A stretch of DNA of 64,000 nucleotides, from positions 31,310,001-31,374,000 of the forward strand of contig NC_045138.2 in NCBI RefSeq assembly GCF_008831285.2. The letters run 5' to 3'. Below, one piece after another: positions 25,210 through 37,322 of this stretch (position 1 is its first letter; every line of letters starts with the position of its first letter). The notes beneath the pieces were generated by a model that was given only the letters and a program-made list of their open reading frames with translations, was not told the DNA's origin and ran no database searches. The position numbers and the translations under genes were made by a program. The stretch is from Nymphaea colorata (taxonomy: Eukaryota).

Positions 25210-27074
25210 CAAATAAAACACGATTCTCTTGGTTGTGCTGCTGATAATTTAACGGTAGTTAAATGCGCTCACAGTAGACACTTTCTCACCTGCACCAAAA
25301 AAGAAAAAAAATTGAAGGCAATATAGCAATTAGCAAGAAACTTTGTTCAACCAAATTGTTTGAGAAAGTCTCACTCTTCAACGACTTGGGATAGAGACCA
25401 GAGAGGTTTGACAATTGTCTAAGAGCATCTTATTTTCTAAAGATGCGTTTATGATTCGAAAGCAATTGACAGATTCATTTTCATTTAAATTTGATTGACA
25501 AGTCCACAAAGACATTTTTCTAGTAATTCCCTCCTCAAGCTTTACTTTAACTATTATTAGCAGCATACCTAACGTCATGACTTCATGTCATAATTGGTAA
25601 GAGCTGACCTATCATTCTTAACTCATTTGCTTAATATGCTAAAAGGCACCTACAAACGCAGTGATCAAAGAAAACATCTTTATTTGAGATATCATAATGA
25701 AATAATATCTAAGCTTCTAATTAATATCAACTTAACCTAATTATAAAGTGAAATAACTAAAAGACCCTCCAACTAAGATTTCTTCTTTGTATTATTGGCC
25801 TTTCTTGTTTTTTTCTATCTGTTCGACTTCTAATGTCTTGTAGTAAGTCAGCAACTTTTCTGCTTCAATTGATAATATCTCTTTTCTCGTGTGACAGCCT
25901 TTAACTATTTTTGTAATTTTAGTAATTTTACGCACGCAAAAGTACTTTCACCAAACTAAGACCATTCAAAAAATTATTACTTAGATCAGTGTGTGGTTTA
26001 CATGTTCGGCGGGTAACACGAGGCCCCTTATTTGATTGTGTTAGGAGATGGGTGTTTTGGTCATTTTGAAAAAAAAAAAACTCTTTTGGATGCTCTTGGC
26101 CAGGTTTTTGAAGCAGCAAGTTTTCCTGGGCTTTTTGGTAATTTTACAGTTAAACAATCTAAGGTGGCATATTTTTGTTATTAGCAGGGGCAGAGCTACA
26201 AATTTTTGATGAAAAGTGCGGAATTAAAATTTTTAAATTTTAACATAACTCGAAATATCAATTTTCAAATTTTTATATGGAATGTAAAATTTTTATATAA
26301 CATTGGGCTATGTATGTGATAGGCCGGAGCATCCGGATCAAGGGGTGGAGGCAGTGTAGATTGTGAGCGGGCAATTGCCCACACAAACCCTACAAAACGT
26401 CTTATTATAAATATAGATATTTTTGAGCCATTTTTGTCATTTATATAAAAGAATTCAGGTGTGTTTTTAAAATTCCCCAAGAAAAAAGGGAAAGGTTTTT
26501 GTTAATAATGAAGAATTTACAAAGAAAGATGTATAGGTGAATTATTTCTACGTGCATCAATAATTGATAGGGAGAGGTGAACATGGAAACGGTGGCCGGC
26601 AGAGTCAGCTCCATGTGAAGGCGATAAAATCATCGTACCAGCAGCATCCAACACAGGAGGTCTCGCCATGTGACGTGCGCGATTCAGTGACGTTGATGCT
26701 TATTTTTGGCGTTTCCAATCAAACAGGGGGGCTCAAGTACTGGACGTCGGAGTTCCACGCTGTTAATTCGGATGGAAATGCCCAGAAAAAGTTGTCTCGG
26801 GTTAAAATGGTTCATGTAAGAGCTTCAGACCTGAAGAAGTTATTTATTGTGTACTTCCGGTCCAGTAATTTTTCATAAATGGCCTTTGCTTTTTCTTTTT
26901 TTCTTTCTTTCTTTTTTTATACCTTGAGAATGATGAGTTTCTAAGGACCTTGAGAATGATGAGTTTCTAAGGATGAAGTAGTTAAATTATAAGGAGAAAG
27001 CGCAAGAGAGGGAGAGAACATAGAAATAAAGAGAGGTTTATATGAATAAAAGGAGGATCAAAAGCGGGAGGAAT

Positions 27075-27462
27075 TAGGGATGTTAACCGATTGGATTTGA
27101 ATCGAATATACCTTTAATTGTATATGTTTTTTTGGATAGTAATATAGTTAGATTTGAATTCGGATTCAAATGCAAACAAAGAAAAGTCATATCCGAATAT
27201 GAATATGAAATCCAATTATTAATCCGGCTTATTTTTATTTTAAAAAATTGGTCAATTTTCAAAACGTAAGGACATTAGGTGTAGGATATTTCTTTAAAAA
27301 TAAATCTGATCTGAATCCACTTCCAAATCTGATAAGATGTTATTTGTTAAACCTGAGTCTCATCTGATTTCTTAATCAAATATTAACTTTTCTTTCATAT
27401 ATTTTTTTTTTCGAAACGGTTTGGTAGATATCCAATCCATATTGGATATATTGACATTCCTA
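27075..27462. mobile_element. hAT-like MITE (GGAT/ATCC-rich)
   Basis: Ends TAGGGATGTTAA...TTGACATTCCTA with repeated TCGGAT/ATCCGA-like internal motifs. Confidence 0.6.
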
Positions 27463-28831
27463 TAAATGAAAATAGAAGAAGCTTGGGTTTCATGTTATGT
27501 TGTCAAATATTGGGGCAATAGTTATATCAACGCCAAGAATCCTTATGTTTCCACGGCTTTTCTAGACTGAGCTTTTAATTTACTGCACAATTTTTTTTTG
27601 TATTTTTCATCAATTTATTAATTAGTTTTGTAATGACAATCCGAATCATATTAATTTCTATTTATCCATTATTTACGTCATATGGGATGCTTTATTTTTT
27701 ATAATGTTCCTGTTTATTCATTATCTACATCATACGAGACGTTTATTTTCCATAATTTGTTTCGAGGTTCCAGTCTACATGTGTAAATTCCGGTCCATAA
27801 AAAATATTCTTCATTTTGCTGCATATAAGTATTGATATTTGCCTAGCATTTGTTCTTTCGCATCAGTTTTCAAAGAAATAAAACCGGAACTATAATTATT
27901 TTCATAGATCATTGTCCAGTAGACACTAATGTCACAGGCATCGTTTTACTTGCATAGGGTAAGCACGACATGGCGATATTTGGAATCTCATGTTCGAGCA
28001 TCTGGTTATTTGCCAACAAATAAAAGAATAATATCCTATGTTGATCGTTTCAATTAGGAATTATCTACATTACGTATTCATATTATTCGAATTCAGAATC
28101 CAATAAGATTAAAAAAAAAAGTTTATACCATATCTGAATCTCAATTTACAACCCAAATCTGATGCAAATTTGATGTTTAATTCACATCTAATTCGGAATT
28201 GAATAAGATTAAAGAAAAGTTTATATCATATCCGAATCTCAATTTACAATCCAAATCTCGGGTTAGACGGAGCAGGGTATTGGGGGCTCGACCTGGCTTG
28301 ATATATGTGTTGAAAAGTCACATCTTCACAATATATATATATATATATATAAACTTTATGACTCTTTGGAAAGCATTTGATATATCGATGTGTGTTTTTA
28401 GAGATATTAGAAAAAATGAAATGTTAAGAGTTTGAAATAAGAGTAGACATCAAATCTAGCGTGATGCCAAGGGGAATGTTAAAAGAAAATAATTAGTATA
28501 GGATGCCGTTAGTTCCTCTTCATATCAGCGGCCACGAGAGGTACGAAAAGGGCATGCGAAATGAGCGGTTCCATCCCAAATATAATTCTGGATATCTGCA
28601 TTATGCATTATTTAAGATGAGGGACCAACCTGCGGGGGGGATGGAGATCGGATTCCTCTTAATTTCCTGTAAATTTTACATCAAGGGAGCATATTTAAGA
28701 TGCCATTTAACCATCAACCAATGCGATGGATAATGACATGGGAGGATAGATGAGCAAGGAATTGAAGCATTTCTCTGGCTTGTTCGAATGTCTTTGATCG
28801 GTAGAGCGCCGGATAAAATGCCGGAAATGTG

Positions 28832-29449
28832 CTATATTAGGAGCCATGCAGCAGCTGCGATGAAGCTTGCAACAGTTCCAAGCCTGTAACTCGCCGAACC
28901 GACTCCCCCGTTGAATTGAGGAGAGACGGGCGAGCCAGCAGGGGCGTCGGACAGCAGCGGCACGTTCAAATGCATCCGGAACATGCTCGCTTCATCAGAA
29001 TTCGGCGACAGCCCCAAGATCTCTGCAAAAACAGGCGACAAGGTTAGGACCCCCTCCTGGAAAAATGGCAGAAGAAAAGGCAGCGGCGGTCGAGGAGGAA
29101 GAATCATGCCTGGACAATCCGAGAAGCCATGAGAGATCCTGCAGACAATGGTAGACGCCATCACCTCGAGAAAATACGGCGTGTAGACCGGCGACGTCTC
29201 GTTGCCGGACAGCTGCAGGTACCTGCAGAGGCAGCGGGGCCAGTAGTCTTTCAGAAAGTTGAGCGAGCCGCAGCAATCCGAGGTGGGCTTGGATCCGGCC
29301 AGCATCACGTATTTGCAGGACCTCAAGAGGTCCATCGGCATGTTGCAGCGGAATAGCTCTTCCGGCTCCGGACTCTGGGCGGTTGCCGGCGCAACAGCAA
29401 GAAGCAGCAGCAGCACCGCCACCGGGAAGGAGGTGCCCGTGGCTGCCAT
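28832..29449 (-). CDS. Type G nsLTP (GPI-anchored), paralog B; exons 29449-29110 and 29022-28832 (87-nt GC-AG intron)
   Basis: Signal peptide, C-x9-C-x13-CC-x12-CxC-x27-C-x8-C, exon 2 EILGLSPNSDEASMF...LGTVASFIAAAAWLLI*; intron position homologous to the paralogs. Confidence 0.9.
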   Translation of the reverse strand: MAATGTSFPVAVLLLLLAVAPATAQSPEPEELFRCNMPMDLLRSCKYVMLAGSKPTSDCCGSLNFLKDYWPRCLCRYLQLSGNETSPVYTPYFLEVMASTIVCRISHGFSDCPGMILPPRPPLPFLLPFFQEGVLTLSPVFAEILGLSPNSDEASMFRMHLNVPLLSDAPAGSPVSPQFNGGVGSASYRLGTVASFIAAAAWLLI

Positions 29450-29940
29450 CTTCCTTGCTCTGCTCCCTGGTGTTGTGATTTGATTTCCTCTGTAGATCTC
29501 TTGCTCCCCGAGGCTCTCCGATCCGATGCATCTCGGTGGTCTGGCTTTTTTGTAGAGGGGAGAAGAGGAGACGGTGTTTCGATGGACAGGCGGTGGCTGC
29601 TCCCCTTCTTTAGCAAATCTTAGCTCGGAAAATTGCCCCTACTTTTCAGATGGAAAATTGAGTTGGGATTTGCTGGTTCGATCTTCGGGGAACCGTTGGA
29701 CCTTGACCAATGACCGGACCTCTTCTGTAGATATCTATGCTTTGGATCAGGGCCTGACGCCTATCGTTGAATTTACATGCTGTTTTTAGGTTCAAGGGTT
29801 TGATCCTGGCTACCCAAATCCAGTTCAACCAATTCCACGCAAGTTTTTCAAGCGTTACAAGATCTTAGTTAGAAATGGATCATGTCCAGAAATTCTAGTG
29901 CATGATTTGGGCATCTAATTCGTTTTCTTCTCATCATATA

Positions 29941-30088
29941 AGTTTGAGTGTTGTTTCGGCTTTCTTGTTGGGTCGCAGGATGAAATACACCTCTGATTTG
30001 CTTAACATAAATTCGAGTTGAGTGTTTCGGCTTTCTTGTTGGGTGGCAGGATGAAATACACCTCTGCTTTACTTAATATAAATTCGAG
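29941..30088. repeat. ~70-bp imperfect tandem duplication upstream of LTPG-B
   Basis: TGTTTCGGCTTTCTTGTTGGGT(C/G)GCAGGATGAAATACACCTCTG...ATAAATTCGAG occurs twice. Confidence 0.9.
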
Positions 30089-32432
30089 TGCTTAATCTGT
30101 ATTTGTTTGTGCAATTATTTGTATGAAAAGTAAAGCATGCATGCACAGAGTGTTGGAACGTTTAGAAATACTCATATCTGCTGGGGCATTTGTATAGATC
30201 TAAGGATAAATTTTTAAAAAATCACCTTAAAAAATAAAGAAATTTTAAGAGACACTAGTTACCACGTAACTCCGCCACTGATTAAAGAAGTCACAGAAAC
30301 TGAATGTACATATCACTCTTTCGAAATGGTTTTAAAAAAATAACATGATTGCAATAACTTTTTTGGCCTGTAAAATCAAATCTAAGCAATGAGTTTTTTA
30401 TGATTTTTTTTCATTCTAGGCATAACCTCACAACCGGCTAATGTTCATGGATAGCTAAATATTTAAAAGTGCTATTAAAAAGTAACGTAAACCATCTTAA
30501 AACACCATAAACCGTTGCCAACGCTCCTATGGCAGAACACTTTTAGCCGTAAGTATTTTGTCATCTCGTACCATTTGACAGCCGGTTGATTTCAATTCCC
30601 CAATATATAAAGAATTGAAATCAGCTGCCGCTGGTTTTCTGATCACTAAAAAAACATTAAGCATTGTAACCACTGAATTTTCAATCTGGCTTAAAGTTCG
30701 TGCTTTGAAGGATAGACCGTAGATAAGTACGTATGATGAGTGGAGCCAACTCAGGTCCAACTTGAACTCGAACTCGTTCGTCTAAGCTTGACTTGTTTGA
30801 TAAATGAGTCCAGCTAGAGCTTGAGCTAAACCTCATCAAATAAACGAGTCGAGTTCAAGTTACACGAGCTTGTCATGACTCAGTCCGAGCTAATGTTCTA
30901 ATGTAACTTTGCGTTTGATTAAAAAAGGTATGTGTTTTTTCTTTTTTAGTTTTTTTCTTCAAAAAGGGTATTTTTTATCATTTTATTCAATTGACTTTAC
31001 TTTTTTCGTTGTTAATGCGTTTTTAAAAAAAAAACACACATTTTTTTTAACTTAATCATTTCTAAAAATATGCCTTTTTAGACCAATTCAAGTCTTAGAT
31101 ATGCCTTTAGATAATCTGTCAAGCTGTCTCCTTATCATTCTTCTTTTTTAGCTTAATTATTTTCTATTATCTTCTTGCTTTATAAGTCATACTTCAAATT
31201 TTCTTTCTATATACAACAACTCTAGTCACTGATTTTACATCACATAATACTAGTCTGCATATCATTCCCTGCTTGTTTGCTTGTTATTTCCCAATTTACT
31301 TGTTTCATATATGTCTGTTTTTGAGTTTCTCTATATTAATCCTTGCTTAATGGGGCATTGACAGATTCATCCATGATCTATAGGTATTGCAATAAAACCA
31401 TGCTTAGGTTTTTCTTAAGCATTCCAAGTTAGTCTCCCAAACAAAATGGTTTTTCTTCTATTGAAATGACACAAGCGATCTGAAAAAGGAACAGGGAGAG
31501 GGTGGAAGAGTGAGTTAGAGAGTGGGATAGGTGTGCTTTCTAAATTACAAAAGTTCATCCCGTTATATCTTAAACTTGCAAATATCCGGAATGGATCTGA
31601 AAAGGGTTTTAGTATCATGATTTGGGATGAAATGACGAAGAAGCTGGTTATATGCACCATACTATACTCGTGTATGTATACGATTTTTTTGCACCAACAG
31701 TAAAATTTTTTGTAAAAACAAATTTCTGTATCTGATCTATAATTGGTGTCAGATTTAATATATATGCTGCTTTACGACCATACACCAAATATTTTGTTTC
31801 TGAGTTTGGATATCTGACTCATCCGCTAAAGATCCAAACCCATTTACATACTAGTTAGATGGATCTGAATTCAGCTTTTCACCAAATCCAGTTAAGTCGG
31901 ATTCAAACGCTGGATTCGACATGACTCAAGTAGTTATACACCTTATCCCCTCGTCTAATTTCCATGAGAAGCGAGTCTCTTCTAGGGTGAGTTTCGGGTG
32001 AGCATGAAGAATATTTCATCTTACCGCTTGGTTGAGAGCCTCCTTTAAAGTGAACTAGTAAGAACATCCCGTATGTGCTGAATTCAAATTCGATTGTTAA
32101 CCAGACTGGAACTTAACTTCTTTTCAAGTTTGGCGGATCAGATTTAGCTGATAATTTGGATATTGGACAACATCTGAACCAATGACGCCTCCTAAAGGGT
32201 TATCTTGTTGAAATTAAGACGAAAACCAATTACAATGTAAGAAAAAGGAAAGATAGAATGGAAAGAGAGGCACCACTGAGAAAATGGGATCTGAAAAAGA
32301 GGATTGGAACAAGTCCTTTGTATTTTTCATTTTCAAACCATTGAGATTGACAGCAATGAGGACACACATAAAAGAGATGGAGGAACTGAAGATCGCCATG
32401 GATGTCTTGGCTCAGCTAGTTCATGCCTGGTC

Positions 32433-33221
32433 TTAGGCTAGCGCCCATGCAACAGCTCCCATCAAGCTTACCATGGATCCAAGCCCATAGGTCTTCAGGC
32501 TGCTCTCTCCACGACTCTCTTTAAGCGAAGAGCTCAATCCCGCTGGTGCATCCGCCGACACATTCAGATGCGTATTTTCCAACTTAAACATTTGTGCATC
32601 ATCCGAATCCGGTGGCAGCCCCAATACCGCTGGAAAACATACCATAAGCACATTAGAATCTTTAATATATATATATATCTTTTGGGCAGTTCCTGATTCA
32701 AGTGTAAATTTCGAGGTTTTCGATCTGGGCGATATCTGCATGATTAAAACTCTTTGGCAACAATTAAAAAAAAAAAAAGTTCAAAAGATTGGTGCAATTG
32801 TCATTGCTCCGGATCTCTATGCTGTAAATTAATGGCATTTTGACAGCAGAGGATACTATATGAAAGGTGCAAAGTATGAGGATCAAGAAGACGTGCCTGG
32901 ACAGTCTGTGACGGCGTGCGGGACGCCGCAAATCTGGGCTGCCTGGTAGAGGTCGGCATGGTGATCGGAGTAGTAGTCGGAAGATTTAATGGCGGCTTCC
33001 CTGAGGAACGTGCACAGGCAAAGGGGCCAGTAGCGTTTCAGAATCTTGTAGGAGCCGCAGCAGTCCGTCGACGGCATCCCGCCTCTCGCATTGACTGCTT
33101 CGCACGGCGACAGGATCTCTAGAGAGTTTATGCAGTCTTCTAGCTCACCTTGAGCATCTAAGGCAGATGCAGAGGAGACAAGAAGCAGCAGCAGCGCCAA
33201 CAGCACCATGCTTCTGTCCAT
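32433..33221 (-). CDS. Type G nsLTP (GPI-anchored), paralog C; exons 33221-32897 and 32629-32433 (GC-AG intron)
   Basis: Signal peptide, 8-Cys motif with the same spacing, exon 2 AVLGLPPDSDDAQMF...LGSMVSLMGAVAWALA*. Confidence 0.9.
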
Positions 33222-33337
33222 GCTTACAGCTGCCTGTCTCCTCCTCCTTCCTCCTTCCTCCCCTTTTTCTTAGACCGGCAACCGATCTTCTTTCCTTGTT
33301 TTTCTTGTGGTGTTGGATTCATGGGGAGGCGTCTGCG

Positions 33338-33751
33338 TTTTATAGAGGGCTGTGGTCAATGAGAGGCTACCATGGTTTGGGTGTCGTTCAAGCGACGGCC
33401 TTTCTTTAGAAAATCTAGTTGGAAGCTGTGGAAAATCACTTTCCTAATCCTATGTTGAGATGAATCACAGAAAAGAAAATTTTGGAGTGGAAAATCCCAA
33501 AACCCACCTGTGATATTGTTGAGCGCACCAGTTAGACTGCAAATCACATCCCATTTTTAGAATTGGCTAAGATTTTCACCAGATAGTTGCTGGAATGGCT
33601 AAAATCGGACAAGTTTATGAATAATGTGACCTTTAATGGAGTCGCAAGGCAGTTTTCCAACTTGAATTTGCCTAAAAAAAGGAACCTCTTATCCCTCTCT
33701 CCATCTTCATTGAATGGCTCATCATTTCTTGCCCAACCACTCTCTATAAAA
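33338..33751. promoter_or_regulatory. Divergent promoter region of LTPG-C and LTPG-D with two outward-facing TATA boxes
   Basis: CTCTATAAAACGC on the minus strand (TATA 33344-33338) and CTCTATAAAATGC on the plus strand (TATA 33745-33751), each about 120 nt from its ATG. Confidence 0.7.
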
Positions 33752-33870
33752 TGCATGGCCAGCCCTCAGCAATTGCAGGACCAAAGAAAAAGAGGAAAAA
33801 GAAGGAGGAGGAGGAAGCAACCGGGGAAGAGGCAAGAGCAGGGTGCCAACCATCAGCACAGGCTGCAGAC

Positions 33871-34516
33871 ATGGCTGCAACTGCAACCTTGGCCTTGCTC
33901 CTACTGCTTCTTGTTTCCTCAGCATCCGCCTACTCCGACTTGCGTGAAATGCTGATAAATTGCCAAGTTCCTATGAACCTCTTGGGACCCTGCAAATTCG
34001 TCGCCGACGACGGCCAGAAGCCGGACGAAGATTGCTGCGGATCGTTCAGGGCCGTGAAACCATACTGGCCGCAATGCCTGTGCTCCTTCCTCCTGCAAAC
34101 CAGCATTAAATCTTCGTCCCTTTACTCGCCCCACCACATGCAGCTGCTGCAAGCGCCGAAGCTCTGTGGCGTCCCTCATGGCATCTCCGACTGTCCAGGT
34201 TCGTCTTCCTCCTCCTCGACCGATTGGTCGTCAAAAATTTCGGTTTTCTTGTTCCATGATCAAGAACCAGAAGCTGCGTGAAATGAAATCTAAGGTGCCT
34301 ACCACGTGATTTGTAGATGTTCTGGGACTGCCATCAAATTCCACCGCTTCGAAGTTGTTCGACGTGGAACACGCATCGTCAGGTGTAGCGGATGATTTGC
34401 AACCGGATTCGGCGCTTGGAATTACCAGCTCGAGCAAAGGAGCCGCTGTGGAGATCTACCGGACCCTGGGGTTGATGGCGATCCTGATGGCCGCAGCCGC
34501 ACTGATCCTTGCCTAG
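33871..34516 (+). CDS. Type G nsLTP (GPI-anchored), paralog D; exons 33871-34198 and 34317-34516
   Basis: MAATATLALLLLLLVSSASA signal, 8-Cys motif, CCAG|GTTCG...TTGTAG intron, exon 2 DVLGLPSNSTASKLF...LGLMAILMAAAALILA*. Confidence 0.9.
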
Positions 34517-37136
34517 AGCAGTGCTCTGAATTTGAAGATTACTTATCCGTTGATGACTACTTGAATTTGAAGATTGCATCTCTGTTGGTGATCCTCAATC
34601 GTTTGGAGTCTCTCTCCGACATCCAGATGACCGGAGAAATCCATGAAGCTGCTTATTTAGTTGTGTGTAAGTGTTCATATCTATTATCCGTCCTTCGACC
34701 GGACGGCTGGATATATTTTGTGCGTTGTGGAAAATATTCTGATGAAGGCACGAATTTAACTTCTATTAGCCAGAGAAACAGAAAATGCAAAATTACATTT
34801 TTTGCAATATTGTCATTCGCTAAATTATACTGTTCGTCTATTTCTAATGTCACCAAAACGGATAAGAATAAAATATATATTAGAAGTAAAAACTATTATA
34901 TATATATATAATGAAGCCATTCTTAGGGTTTACATCATAAGTGTGACTCTTGTTAGAAACTGAAAAATGCTTCTTAAATTATATGCCAAAAAAAAAAAGT
35001 CCAAAATTGGACGTTGGCTTAAATAATGCAGCTGTATAGTACTTTTATATTCACATGAAAACTTAAAAAAGTGAAGCTTATAATGATTTAAACACTTAAG
35101 TGACCACATTAAATAAACTACATTAAAATCTACCAGTGTGGCTGCATTCAATTCATAGGGAATCGACAAAGCTACTAATTCACTGGATCGGCCAACTCAC
35201 CAATTGAAATGAATCATATAGTCCTCAAACATCGAATTAAAGTAATAAAAAATGCTTACAATAATATAATATATCAAATCCTTTAGAAATAAAATTGAAG
35301 TAAATGATTTTAAATGAAAATTTACTGGTCACACTGTTGAATAGGGTAACGAATCGAATCAAATTGAAGCGCAAACTCTGCTCACATTCCCACGGTATTC
35401 GGGAAGAGGAGACATCGTACATGTCAAACACGTGACATGCACAGGAGACCACTGCATAAGCACAAGATAGTAAAATATTTGCCATACGTTCAGCCTTTTC
35501 GTTTCCCCTTTCAGACTTTCCATTTTAAAGTGAGACATATGATAAGGAATTTTTCGTCGCACTTGAAAGGGGGACACCGTGCGGCAATTATTGCAAGGCC
35601 AGAGTCTTTCGAATATATATATATATATTGAAAAAAATGGTAAGTATTCTCATCATTATGTTATATTATTAATTCATGATTTTTTTTTTGTGTTTTTATT
35701 TTAAAAATTTATCTGCTTGAAATGGATGGCTCTAATTAAATGAAATGGACTCCAACCAAATGACTGAAACGCCCTTAACTAAGTTTTGTAGAAGATACAT
35801 AACTTGGTAACCTCTATTTTCGTGAAATTAGTTAACAAAAATTCGTTATCTATTAAAAAAAAATCTTTGAGAGAAAAAACAAAAAAAAAGGAAATCCAAC
35901 TTTGTGGTCTGTAGAAAATTACTTGGGCTGTAGTCCCAAAATTATGGATCAACAAACAAGATCCAGACCCATAGTCAGACTCGAAGGACATCAGTGTCAT
36001 TCTGGGCATTCCGAAGGCTATGAGCAGGAACGAACAGAAAAACCTCTCTGATCCGGTACTTTCCGATTCCTCCTCCACGTGTCTGGGCCCCACGTCCCCT
36101 GGCCACCCTCGTACGGACGAGGAGTTAAGACCGTCGATCTAGGCCACAAACATCAAGGGGAATCTCAATCTTCAACCGTCCACGTGTCCAGATTTTAAGT
36201 AGCTCCATGCAGAAGAAACTGAAGAAAAAACTTTTATATATTTGACAATTGACGACGAAAAAGAGAAAAAGGGAGAAGTTAACCAGAGTTAACTAACCAT
36301 GGTTAGGCGACATGGCAGGCAAACGACGAGCACGCTCCAATGATGTTCCCGACGGTCCGTTAACGTCCGTTAACTGTCATTATGTTGCCAGAAGAAGAGC
36401 GGGACCCAGGGCCACTTCACGGTTAACCATGGTTAGGACCACGAGTTAGAACTCGTTTCAACTCATACGACTGAGCTTCGCCTAATTAAATATAACATTT
36501 ATCATTTTAATTAGATATAGTTTAAGACTTTAATTAATTTGATGAAATGACATGTTTCATGTGACAGCCCGTTCGCCGGACCTTGACTCAACACGACTCC
36601 GCTCGACTCGATTCATCGGGCTTCGCTTGTTAAGAGATCTAGCTTGGTCCGAGCCATCGGGCTAAGTCGCGAACCCACTGAGCTCGGTCGTCCTGGCCTT
36701 TGGGTTAATATCCCGTTACCAGCCAAGGGAACTGGCAGAAGCATGGCAGGGCCGTCCGCCATTTGCCGTCTTTCTTGAAACGGCGATTAATTGGCGAGGA
36801 ATTGAAGGCTGTCTGAACACACGGGACAGTCATCATAATTCAATCGCAGCATCATTCATCGAGTTTTGTCGTTTTCTGCGAGTACGAATACGGTGAAACA
36901 TGCTCGTATATTATACGGTTGGTTTTGGATACACTTCAACGTACGCTTGAGTCCCTGTATCGGATCGGGTGGCGCTCATACGCGTTCAAAGATTTTTTTT
37001 TTTTTTTGCAGTTTTAATCATTTAAACTTGTTTCTAATTGGTTCTAAGTAATTAGTCAGCAGACCAATAAACTCGGGAGTCAATACTAATGATGATACTA
37101 CCATTGGGGTCTAGGACTGTTTCGTGGTAAAGATGG

Positions 37137-37322
37137 TGGGTGGAGATAGAAATTTTTTATTAGAAATGGCAAATTAAAGTTTTTAAATTTTAATATGAAA
37201 TCAAATATTATTTTTTTAAATTTTTGTATAAAACAAGTAAATTTTTTAAAAATTTATATATAATTTAAAAAAAATTGAAGTGGAGCCAAAGCCCATGCGA
37301 ACCCCTCTTAGCTTTGCCCCTA
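37137..37322. mobile_element. Short MITE of the same family as 20491-20633
   Basis: GGGGTGGAGATAGAAATTTT...TAGCTTTGCCCCTA inverted ends around an AT-rich core. Confidence 0.45.

Noticed and set aside
33751..33870. 40-aa N-terminal extension of LTPG-D from the ORF track (MHGQPSAIAGPKKKRKK...)
   Set aside because: That ATG overlaps the TATA box and lies upstream of the expected TSS; the signal peptide begins at 33871.
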